Source: Promethearchaeota archaeon (lineage in GTDB: Archaea; Asgardarchaeota; Lokiarchaeia; Sigyniarchaeales; SOKP01). From it: a stretch of DNA of 64,000 bases. This document shows, one piece after another, positions 1 to 8,634 of the stretch (positions are counted from its first letter, which is position 1; the number at the start of each line of letters is the position of its first letter). A program made the position numbers and the translations under genes. A model generated the notes under the pieces. The model saw only the letters and a program-made list of their open reading frames with translations. It made no database searches and was not told the DNA's origin. The stretch is from the NCBI GenBank assembly GCA_019058295.1, contig JAHPZI010000022.1, positions 197,183-261,182 of the forward strand, given 5' to 3'.

Positions 1-1087
1 TTAGAACCACCTTTTGAGGAGGCTATAAAGACGTATGAAGAAGTACGGGAAATGCTTAGGGATAAAGAGTGGAAAGACCAAGCAGCTCTATATACGAAAC
101 AAATTGATGTAATGAAAGAAAAATTGGAAAAAGATAAAAAATTAAGAGAAGTCGAAGTAGAAAAAAGAGAAAAAGACAAGAAATATTTAGACTCCCTAAA
201 AACCAGGAAAGTGGAGGGGGCCGATATAGAAAAAGCAAGAAAGATTGAAGAAAAACACAGAGAAGATGAAGAATTTCAATCAGAGATTGATAAGATGGTG
301 AATAAGGCGGATGCTTCAATTAGGGATTATGAACGAGCGATTAGGAAGGGAGATTTTGAATTAGAACCACCTTTTGAGGAGGCTATAAAGACGTATGAAG
401 AAGTACGGGAAATGCTTAGGGATAAAGAGTGGAAAGACCAAGCAGCTCTATATACGAAACAAATTGATGTAATGAAAGAAAAATTGGAAAAAGATAAAAA
501 ATTAAGAGAAGTCGAAGTAGAAAAAAGAGAAAAAGACAAGAAATATTTAGACTCCCTAAAAACCAGGAAAGTGGAGGGGGCCGATATAGAAAAAGCAAGA
601 AAGATTGAAGAAAAACACAGAGAAGATGAAGAATTTCAATCAGAGATTGATAAGATGGTGAATAAGGCGGATGCTTCAATTAGGGATTATGAACGAGCGA
701 TTAGGAAGGGAGATTTTGAATTAGAACCACCTTTTGAGGAGGCTATAAAGACGTATGAAGAAGTACGGGAAATGCTTAGGGATAAAGAGTGGAAAGACCA
801 AGCAGCTCTATATACGAAACAAATTGATGTAATGAAAGAAAAATTGGAAAAAGATAAAAAATTAAGAGAAGTCGAAGTAGAAAAAAGAGAAAAAGACAAG
901 AAATATTTAGACTCCCTAAAAACCAGGAAAGTGGAGGGGCTTGATGCAGAAAAAGCAATGGAACTTGAAAAAAAGCGCAAAGAAGATGAAGAATTTCAAT
1001 CAGAGATCGATAAGATGGTGAATAAGGCGGATGCCTCGATTAGGGATTATGAACGAGCGATTAGGAAGGGAGATTTTGATTTAGAAC
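1..1087 (+). repeat. Intragenic 360-bp tandem repeat, ~3 copies
   Basis: Bases 1-939 are perfectly periodic at 360 bp. 940-980 diverges and 981-1087 is again near-identical to the unit. Confidence 0.97.
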
Positions 1088-4000
1088 CTCCTTATGAAAA
1101 AGCTATTGAAATTTATGGAGAAGTTCGAGAAAGAATTCAAAATAGAGGATGGCAACATCAAGCTAATGTCTATCTAAATCAAATAAATTCTATCAAGAAG
1201 AAGCTAGAAAAAGACAAAAAGTTACGTGAATCAGAAGCTCAAAAAGAGAAATCGAAAGATGAGTTTGAAAAGTTCAAAAAGCAAGAAGGTACTTTACATG
1301 CAGGGATGGATAGAATAACAGCTTTAGAGGAGAAGTATAAAGAAGATGAAATTTTTCAACAAAAAATCAATAATTTAGTAAATGAAGCTGAGGGGAAAAT
1401 TAGAGAATATGATATAGCGATTAGGAAAGGAAAATTTGATATTGAAACTCCATTTAATAGAGTTATTACCATCTACGAAGAGGTTAGGGATATGCTTAAA
1501 GATAAAGGCTGGAATGACCAAATTCCAATATACATAGAACAGATTAAGATTACAAAAGAAAGACAAGAAGCAGATAAGAAATTGCGAGAAATCGAGATGG
1601 AAAAAGTTGAAAAGCAAAAAGAATATGAATTATCTTTAAAGGCCAAAAAGGAAGATAAGGGATTAAAAGCTGATCTAGAAAAAATGCAAGATATTCAAGA
1701 TCGCTTCAAAAAAGAATTAGAGGAAGAAGAATTTGAAAATCAAATAACAGCATTAGTAGATAAAGCAGATGAAATGGTTAGAAAATATGAATTAGCCATC
1801 AGGTATGGACAATTCGATGAGGAGTGTATATATCCTGAAGTGATTGAAATTTACGAGGAAATTAGTAAGAGATTGTCTATTAAGGGATGGGAACGAGAAA
1901 ATATGATATATAAGAATCAGATTAAGCTTTATCAAGATAAGCTAGAACAAGATAAAAAATTAAGAGAAGTAGAAGCCCAGAAAAGAGAGAGAGACTTAGC
2001 TTATTTAGAAGCCTTAAAAGCTAAAAAAGATGCAGGAATTGATATAGAAAAACTGAAAGAGATCGAGGAAAAGGCTAAAGATGATGAACTTTTTCAACAA
2101 GAAATTGATAGATTAGCAACGCAGGCAGAAAATAGTTTAAAAAATTATGAATATGCAATAAAGCGTGGTAAATTTGAAACCGAACCCCCTTTTGAAGAAG
2201 TCCTAAGTATTTATAGTGATATTCGCGATAAATTAGTATCTCGTGATTGGAAGTCTCAAGCAGCTATTTATTCAAAGCAAATAGATATAATTAAGCAAAG
2301 GCAAGAAAAAGATAAGAAATTAAGGGAAATTGAAATTAAAAAACTGCAGCAAAAGAAAGAGTTCGAAGAGCAATTCAAAATTAAAGAAACTGAATCTGTT
2401 ATTGACTTACAAAAGCTAAAAGAACTTGAATTAAAAAAGAAAGATAAAGAAGCTTTAATAAATGAAGCTTTTAGACTCATTGATGAAGCTGAGAAATTAG
2501 TAAAAAAATATGAAATAATAATAAAAAAAGATATTCTACAAACTGAATCTCCATATGAAGGAATAATTGAAATGTATAAAGCAGCAAGGAAAATATTTTT
2601 GGAAAATAAATGGGAGGGTGAAGCATCTAAATTAATTAATACAATTAAATATTATAAAGATAGAAAAGAGAAAGACGAAAAATTACGTGAAATTGAAGCC
2701 GAGAAAATAGTGAGAGATAAGATTCCTCTAGTTGCACCTTCAATTAAACCTAAGAAAACTCTTTTAGAAAAAGAACAAATAATTTCAGAATTGGAAAAAG
2801 AGAAGAGAGAAAAGGAAGAATTTTCAAGTGTAACTTTTAAAATGATAGATGAAGCAGAAAAATTAGCTAAAAATTATGAATTCAAATTAAAAGAGGGGAT
2901 CTTTTTAGATTGTCCCTATGAGCAAATCATTAAAATTTATAGAGAAGCAAGAAAGAGATTTGAGGAGATTGGTTGGATAGAGCAATCATCCAATTTAATA
3001 AGTACTATTAACCATTATAAAGAGAAATTAGAAGCAGATAAGAGATTAAGAGAATTAGAGAAAGAAAAAATTGAAAAACAAAAAAGAGAAATGGAGACAA
3101 CACTCCGTCTCGCTGAGAAGGAAAGAAAAAGAAAAGAGGAAAAACGTAGAGAGAAAGAAAAAGCTTTATTGTTAAAAAGTAAAGAAATTTCTCCGTTTGA
3201 AACTCAAAAGGATCACGCCTTTAGATTGATGGATCAAGCGAAACATCAATTTAATCTGAATAATTTTGACCTTGCGATTGAATTATATAAAGAAAGCGAA
3301 AATATTTTCTCAGAGATAAATTGGCCGGATGGTCTTAAACTGATTCAAGAATCAGTCCAATTAATTAAAATGAAGAAAGAAGAATTTGCTCTTAGACAGA
3401 AAGCTATTAAAGAAAAAAAAGCTAAAATATCAATTTCAGAAAAAGAATTTGAAAGAAAAGCGGCCGAAACTCAAGATTTAATAAAATTACAGCAAGCACA
3501 GAAAAGAAAGAAATTATTAAGAATTCAAGAACAGAAAGTAAAAGAAAAGGAAAGTTCTGATAGAGCTTATGATTTACTTGAACAAGGAACACGGTTATTA
3601 AAGCGTAATAAATTTGAGGAAGCGCAAGAAAAATATACAGCCGCACGCGACATTTTTGAAGAAATTGGCTGGTCTCACGAAGTTAGTCGTATAAATAATG
3701 AACTCCTTTTTAAACTTAAAAAGGAAGAAAAAGCGAGTAAAAGAATTGAAGAGTATAAAGCAAAGAAACTCCAAGAAGAAAAAGAGATTGAAATCCTTTT
3801 AAATGAAGCGGAAAAGGAAAAAGAAAAGCTCAAGGAGATTGAAGTAAAAGAAAAACGCGAAATAATGATAAAAATTCAGACATCTGATAAACTTAAAGAT
3901 AAAATAAAAGATAAACTAAATGAAGCGAATATTGAGATTGTTAAGTTCAAATACAATGAGGGGATTTTAATGTTTAAAGATGTAATCAAAAAGATGGAAA

Positions 4001-4701
4001 GATTGGGTTGGGAAAAAGAGATTAATGAGATTAACGCACAAATACGAACATTAGAGGATAAAAGTAAAATACCTATTATTGTTTTAGAAGACTTTGATGA
4101 GGATGAAAACATGGATAATGTTAAAGCTGCTTATCAAGCATTAGATAAAGCTCAAATGTCGTTTTCAAGAGATCACATTAAGAAAGCTATTTCGGAATTA
4201 AACGAGGCAAAATTCAATCTTTCGGAAACCAAAATAGGAAAAAAATTCATAGGAGAAATTGAAGACGCAATCAAAAATTTCAAAGACGAACTTGAGCAGA
4301 GCAAACCAGCTAAAAGAATTCCTGAAGCTAAAAAAATCAAGGATAAAGAAGCTGTTGAAATTGTTGAACTTACAGCAGAAAAAGCATATGAATTCATGGA
4401 TAAATGTAAAAGAGCAGAAAGGCGAAATAGATTTGAACATGCAATAGATTTTGCGAAGGAAGCTAAAGATATTTTTTCAAAAATGGGTTCAGATTGGATT
4501 AAAGAACAAAAAACAATACAAGAATACATTGATTCCTTAGACGAGAAAAAAAATGCAAGAGAGAAGTTATTTAAAACTAAAAAAGAAGAAATTGAACAAC
4601 AAGAACTCGCTTTAAAGAAAGAGGAAGATGAATTCAAGGCAAGAATTGCAGCAAGAAGAGAAGAAAGAGCTAAAAGAATTAAGGAATTAGTTAAAAAATA
4701 A
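1..4701 (+). CDS. Giant Lys/Glu-rich alpha-helical repeat protein (~120-aa three-helix/TPR/MIT-like units), 5'-truncated by the window edge
   Basis: Frame is open from base 1 (LEPPFEEAIKTYEEVREM...), so ATG 52 is internal. About 14 recognisable units of pattern A..L...A...(P)(Y/F)E.AI..Y.EA...F...xW joined by long charged helices. Confidence 0.85.
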   Translation, partial: LEPPFEEAIKTYEEVREMLRDKEWKDQAALYTKQIDVMKEKLEKDKKLREVEVEKREKDKKYLDSLKTRKVEGADIEKARKIEEKHREDEEFQSEIDKMVNKADASIRDYERAIRKGDFELEPPFEEAIKTYEEVREMLRDKEWKDQAALYTKQIDVMKEKLEKDKKLREVEVEKREKDKKYLDSLKTRKVEGADIEKARKIEEKHREDEEFQSEIDKMVNKADASIRDYERAIRKGDFELEPPFEEAIKTYEEVREMLRDKEWKDQAALYTKQIDVMKEKLEKDKKLREVEVEKREKDKKYLDSLKTRKVEGLDAEKAMELEKKRKEDEEFQSEIDKMVNKADASIRDYERAIRKGDFDLEPPYEKAIEIYGEVRERIQNRGWQHQANVYLNQINSIKKKLEKDKKLRESEAQKEKSKDEFEKFKKQEGTLHAGMDRITALEEKYKEDEIFQQKINNLVNEAEGKIREYDIAIRKGKFDIETPFNRVITIYEEVRDMLKDKGWNDQIPIYIEQIKITKERQEADKKLREIEMEKVEKQKEYELSLKAKKEDKGLKADLEKMQDIQDRFKKELEEEEFENQITALVDKADEMVRKYELAIRYGQFDEECIYPEVIEIYEEISKRLSIKGWERENMIYKNQIKLYQDKLEQDKKLREVEAQKRERDLAYLEALKAKKDAGIDIEKLKEIEEKAKDDELFQQEIDRLATQAENSLKNYEYAIKRGKFETEPPFEEVLSIYSDIRDKLVSRDWKSQAAIYSKQIDIIKQRQEKDKKLREIEIKKLQQKKEFEEQFKIKETESVIDLQKLKELELKKKDKEALINEAFRLIDEAEKLVKKYEIIIKKDILQTESPYEGIIEMYKAARKIFLENKWEGEASKLINTIKYYKDRKEKDEKLREIEAEKIVRDKIPLVAPSIKPKKTLLEKEQIISELEKEKREKEEFSSVTFKMIDEAEKLAKNYEFKLKEGIFLDCPYEQIIKIYREARKRFEEIGWIEQSSNLISTINHYKEKLEADKRLRELEKEKIEKQKREMETTLRLAEKERKRKEEKRREKEKALLLKSKEISPFETQKDHAFRLMDQAKHQFNLNNFDLAIELYKESENIFSEINWPDGLKLIQESVQLIKMKKEEFALRQKAIKEKKAKISISEKEFERKAAETQDLIKLQQAQKRKKLLRIQEQKVKEKESSDRAYDLLEQGTRLLKRNKFEEAQEKYTAARDIFEEIGWSHEVSRINNELLFKLKKEEKASKRIEEYKAKKLQEEKEIEILLNEAEKEKEKLKEIEVKEKREIMIKIQTSDKLKDKIKDKLNEANIEIVKFKYNEGILMFKDVIKKMERLGWEKEINEINAQIRTLEDKSKIPIIVLEDFDEDENMDNVKAAYQALDKAQMSFSRDHIKKAISELNEAKFNLSETKIGKKFIGEIEDAIKNFKDELEQSKPAKRIPEAKKIKDKEAVEIVELTAEKAYEFMDKCKRAERRNRFEHAIDFAKEAKDIFSKMGSDWIKEQKTIQEYIDSLDEKKNAREKLFKTKKEEIEQQELALKKEEDEFKARIAARREERAKRIKELVKK

Positions 4702-4721
4702 ATAAATAAAAAAAATTTTAA

Positions 4722-4955
4722 TTATACTATTAATTTTTCTTGAATCTCGCTTTCTATTTGAGATTCAATTGCTATAGGGTTTAGGTTTTTATTAACGGAT
4801 TCTTCAATTAAATATTCAGTTTTAATGAGATCTCTTATCCCAACTCGAATTGCTTCGCTTCTATTTGGAAACTTTCCTTCAGCAACTAAAATCTCCAAGA
4901 CCTTAATGTATGCTTCTGGTAAATTAACGGATATTAACTTTATTTTTATCACCAT
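4722..4955 (-). CDS. Ribbon-helix-helix (CopG/Arc/MetJ) transcription regulator, CdrS-like
   Basis: ISVNLP...LVAEGKFPNRSEAIRVGIRDL is a typical RHH signature. Confidence 0.85.
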   Translation of the reverse strand: MVIKIKLISVNLPEAYIKVLEILVAEGKFPNRSEAIRVGIRDLIKTEYLIEESVNKNLNPIAIESQIESEIQEKLIV

Positions 4956-5135
4956 TTAATATATAGTTAATCTATATTAATTATTAATATATACGTGGGT
5001 GATATTTAAGCATTTCAATGGAAACCGACCTTAAGAAATCCGACAAAAAAACTTAAATATATAAGATATATACTATACGTATTATATGTAACAATAATTG
5101 TAAAATTGGACCTAAATGTAAAAAAGTGATATAAA

Positions 5136-5459
5136 ATGGCAGACCTTAAAACTCAATTACAAGCCCATTTAAAAAATGGAGAAGATTGGGAAAAAATGGA
5201 AACTCCTGTATCAGGAGTATATGTTGTTAAAGTACCAGCAACTAAAACAAGACCAGCTTTACTTTTCTTAGAAGTTAATCCCCTTAAAGACGATGGAAAA
5301 CCAATGAAAAGAAAAGGATTATTTGTCGGAAGTAAAGAAATGCTTATCAAGTTTGGTGAAGCTTTAAACGATGATAAAGTGTATCAGTTAATTCAGGAAT
5401 TAGAACAAGTAAATCCTGAGATAAAGGGAGCTGGATCAATGAAGAAATTAAATTTTTAA
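5136..5459 (+). CDS. Conserved archaeal hypothetical protein, possible PC4-like nucleic-acid-binding fold
   Basis: 107 aa, GTGAT RBS-like motif upstream. LEVNPLKDDGKPMKRKGLFV resembles the PC4 'D.G..KP..KGI.L' segment. Confidence 0.6.
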   Translation: MADLKTQLQAHLKNGEDWEKMETPVSGVYVVKVPATKTRPALLFLEVNPLKDDGKPMKRKGLFVGSKEMLIKFGEALNDDKVYQLIQELEQVNPEIKGAGSMKKLNF

Positions 5460-5611
5460 GGGTGTTATCTAATATTTCTTCTTTTTTGTGTTCCATAATA
5501 AATTGGAAAAGATTAAATTTTTGAAAAAAAAACATTTTTAATTAAATAATTTATTAACTAACTATACAAAGAAACTAAAAGTCTTAACTAGAAAAAAAAT
5601 GGTGGAAGTAT

Positions 5612-5881
5612 TTGGTTGAAAAAGTTTGTTCGCAATGTGGCGGAAAATCGTTTAGAGTAGCACATGATGAGTGGATGGCAAGAACTTTTAGATTCGTGGA
5701 AAATGGTACTCTTGAAATGTGTGACGGATGCGGAGCTAAATTTTTACTATGTCAGCAATGTGGAGGTCATTACACACGTGTACACCCTGCCTTAGAAGCC
5801 TGGGAGGTTTCAAAGGAATGTCCCAACTGTGGATTCGTTGATCCAGACGTTAAAGCATGGGATGGAGTATCCGCAAGATAG
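5612..5881 (+). CDS. Small double zinc-ribbon protein
   Basis: Four CxxC pairs (CSQC, CDGC, CQQC, CPNC). TTG start after GGTGG RBS-like motif. Confidence 0.75.
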   Translation: MVEKVCSQCGGKSFRVAHDEWMARTFRFVENGTLEMCDGCGAKFLLCQQCGGHYTRVHPALEAWEVSKECPNCGFVDPDVKAWDGVSAR

Positions 5882-5886
5882 ATGGC

Positions 5887-5906
5887 TTTTTTTTTATTTT
5901 TTCTTT
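5887..5906 (+). terminator. Oligo-T tract (archaeal-type terminator)
   Basis: T9-A-T6 directly after the stop of the zinc-ribbon gene. Confidence 0.5.
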
Positions 5907-6093
5907 AATTTTTTAAAAATTAAAACATTAACTCGCTCTCTTAAGATAAATAAATTGGAAAAATTAAAATTTATAAGAGATAATTGAATAAAAATTACAT
6001 ATCTTATATTTTATTTATTAAGCAAAATGCAAGAAGATTTATATTAAAGCAAAAATATAATTTTATCTCATCAATTCGTTTTAAGGATTTATT

Positions 6094-6567
6094 ATGAATA
6101 ATATTAAAGTTGAAATCGCTTCTCCAGAGCATATAAACGCGTTAGAGAATTTTATGAGAGAAATAACAGAAAATATGGGACAAAAATTTGATCCTAAGCG
6201 TTTCGATTGGGGAATTCGTCGCAGATTGTATGATCCTCTCCAATGTAATGGAATTTTTATTGCGATCGAAGAGGGTAAAAATAAACCAGTTGGTATGATT
6301 ATAGTAGAGCTACGAATAGATCCATTTGGTTTGTCTGAAGGATTTATTAAACAATTTTTTCTAAAGGAGGATTATAGACGTAAAGGTGTAAGAGAGGTTT
6401 TATTACAAAAAGCTCTCAACCATTTGAAGAAAATTAAAGTTGAAAAAGTGAAAGTCAATATTTTAGAAGAAGCTTTGAAAGCCTCGAATCTTTACGGAAA
6501 AATGGGATTTAAAAAAATATACGAAGTCTTCGAATTAGACCTCACGAAAGATTTCGCTAACGACTAA
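6094..6567 (+). CDS. GNAT family N-acetyltransferase
   Basis: Motif A LKEDYRRKGV and C-terminal A..LY.KMGF. Confidence 0.85.
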   Translation: MNNIKVEIASPEHINALENFMREITENMGQKFDPKRFDWGIRRRLYDPLQCNGIFIAIEEGKNKPVGMIIVELRIDPFGLSEGFIKQFFLKEDYRRKGVREVLLQKALNHLKKIKVEKVKVNILEEALKASNLYGKMGFKKIYEVFELDLTKDFAND

Positions 6568-6587
6568 ATTTATTAGGAAAAATAAAT

Positions 6588-7568
6588 ATGACTCTTGACT
6601 TAAGGATCCCTTGGGTTGAAAAATATAGGCCTAAGAGTTTTGATGATATTGTGAGTCAAAACATTGCAATAAATAGTTTAAAAGCCTTTATCAAAAAAGG
6701 CGATATGCCTCATATGATTTTTACGGGTCCGGCAGGGACAGGGAAAACCAGCGCTGCGTTAATTATAGCAAAAGAAATGTTAAAAGGAGAATATTATTAT
6801 AGAGACCTTTTAGAATTAAACGCTTCTGATACTGTAAGAATGGATTATGTAAGAAGCGTTATAAAAGATTTTGTAAATCAAAATATGATAATAGGGAAAA
6901 ATTCAATAAAAATTGTCATTTTAGACGAGGCTGATAACATTCCAAATCAAGTTCAACAGGCTCTTAGGCGTATTATGGAAAGAGCCTCAACAAAAGTGAA
7001 ATTTATTCTAATGTGCAATTATATTAATAGAATCATAGATCCAATAATCTCGCGATGTGCTGTTTTCAGGTTTGTTAACCTTCCTAAGGAAGAAATTGTA
7101 GAAAGATTAAAATATATTGCCAAGCAAGAAAATTTATCTATTCCTGAAGATAAATCGGATTTATTTTTTGATACATTATTCTTTATTTCAGCAGGTGATT
7201 TAAGAAAAGCAATAAATACGTTACAAATGTCTGTTGCTCTTGATTTGCTAGAGAATTTGAATGTTAATGAAATTTTAAAAGTCTCCGGATTCATGGATCA
7301 ACAAACTTTAGAGAAGTTTATTGAAGCATTTCAAGCTAAAGATTTCCAGGGAGCTAGAAAAATTTTAAGCTCCATTGAAACATTTGACAGTAGAAACTTA
7401 ATCAGACAAATTATAGGAATTTTGCCGAGAATTAATTTACAACCTAATGATCTTAATATTTTACATGCCTTTTTTGGAGATATTGATTACCAAATAAGCC
7501 AAGGAGCAGACGAGCAAATTCAGATATTAGCTCTAATAGCTGAAATTATAAATCTAGTAAATAAATGA
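6588..7568 (+). CDS. rfcS: Replication factor C small subunit
   Basis: PWVEKYRP, Walker A GPAGTGKT, LELNASD, Walker B LDEAD, SRC motif, GDLRKAIN. Confidence 0.97.
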   Translation: MTLDLRIPWVEKYRPKSFDDIVSQNIAINSLKAFIKKGDMPHMIFTGPAGTGKTSAALIIAKEMLKGEYYYRDLLELNASDTVRMDYVRSVIKDFVNQNMIIGKNSIKIVILDEADNIPNQVQQALRRIMERASTKVKFILMCNYINRIIDPIISRCAVFRFVNLPKEEIVERLKYIAKQENLSIPEDKSDLFFDTLFFISAGDLRKAINTLQMSVALDLLENLNVNEILKVSGFMDQQTLEKFIEAFQAKDFQGARKILSSIETFDSRNLIRQIIGILPRINLQPNDLNILHAFFGDIDYQISQGADEQIQILALIAEIINLVNK

Positions 7569-7578
7569 GGGAAGTAAC

Positions 7579-8628
7579 GTGAATAACGAAATTCCAATTT
7601 GGAGAATCAAATATATACCAAAAACCTTGGATGAAGTTTGCGGAAGAGAGAAAATAAAGGAAAGATTAAAAAATATCATTAAGCAGGGAAATTTCCCTCA
7701 TCTTTTATTTGTAGGCTCTGAAGGTATTGGAAAAGCTACTTTAGCAAGTTTATTTTCAAAAGAATTTCTTGGCATATTTTACGATGCGAATTTTAAATTA
7801 ATATACGCTAATGTTCCGTTAACAGAGGAGGAAAGACAGTTAGCAAGGTCTGAAGCATACGTTTCAAAGAGTAAAATAGGGAGCATAGCTGGAAGAAGAA
7901 TTACGACACCAGCATTTATCAAAGTTAAAGTCAAGCCTTTCGTTCAATTAAAAGTATTAGGTGATACCCCTTTTAAAATCTTGATCGTTAAAAATTTTGA
8001 GACTTTAGGTTCGAATCAACAGGGTTTTAGAAGGTTAATGGAAATTTACGGTTCAAATTGTAGAATGATCTTGATAACAACTAAAATTTCCGGAGTAATT
8101 GACCCAATTGTGAGTCGATGCCAATTATTTTTAATTTCTCAAGTAGATCTTAACTCCTTTAAAGAATTAATGAATAAAATTGCTGAAAATGAATCTTTAG
8201 AAATTGAGGATGGCTCTATTGAAATACTTTATAAAGTTTCTAACGGTAAAATATCCAGAGCGATTGATTTATTACAATTATCAAGTATAAGTGGAAAAAA
8301 AATAACTAAAAATATGCTATATGAAGTTGCTCAAAAATTTCAAAACGATTTGGTAGGAAGCTTATTATTGATGACTTTAAGAGGGGACTTTCCAAAAGCA
8401 AGAGAATTATCGCGTAATATTATCTCTAATTATAAATATAATCCGCATGAACTTTTTAATCTGCTACTTAATGAACTCAATAAATTACCACTAAGTAAAT
8501 TTGCCCGAATCCAATTAATTAATTTAATTGCTGATGCTGATTTCAGGGCACTTGATGGTATCGATAATGATATACAAATATCTGCTCTACTTTCAAAGAT
8601 ATGTTTATTTTCAGAGCATTTATCATAA
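7579..8628 (+). CDS. Second RFC small subunit (RFCS2-type, degenerate ATPase site)
   Basis: W..KY.P, GSEGIGKA, Walker B replaced by IVKNFE, QQGFRRLME, SRC retained. Confidence 0.88.
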   Translation: MNNEIPIWRIKYIPKTLDEVCGREKIKERLKNIIKQGNFPHLLFVGSEGIGKATLASLFSKEFLGIFYDANFKLIYANVPLTEEERQLARSEAYVSKSKIGSIAGRRITTPAFIKVKVKPFVQLKVLGDTPFKILIVKNFETLGSNQQGFRRLMEIYGSNCRMILITTKISGVIDPIVSRCQLFLISQVDLNSFKELMNKIAENESLEIEDGSIEILYKVSNGKISRAIDLLQLSSISGKKITKNMLYEVAQKFQNDLVGSLLLMTLRGDFPKARELSRNIISNYKYNPHELFNLLLNELNKLPLSKFARIQLINLIADADFRALDGIDNDIQISALLSKICLFSEHLS

Positions 8629-8634
8629 AAAATA

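Noticed and set aside
56-980. Repeated identical minus-strand ORFs (87 aa, 70/97 aa)
   Set aside because: Antisense shadows of the 360-bp repeat in the giant CDS.
1-1087. Possible CRISPR array or satellite
   Set aside because: Unit is 360 bp, in frame, with no spacers; it is a protein-coding repeat.
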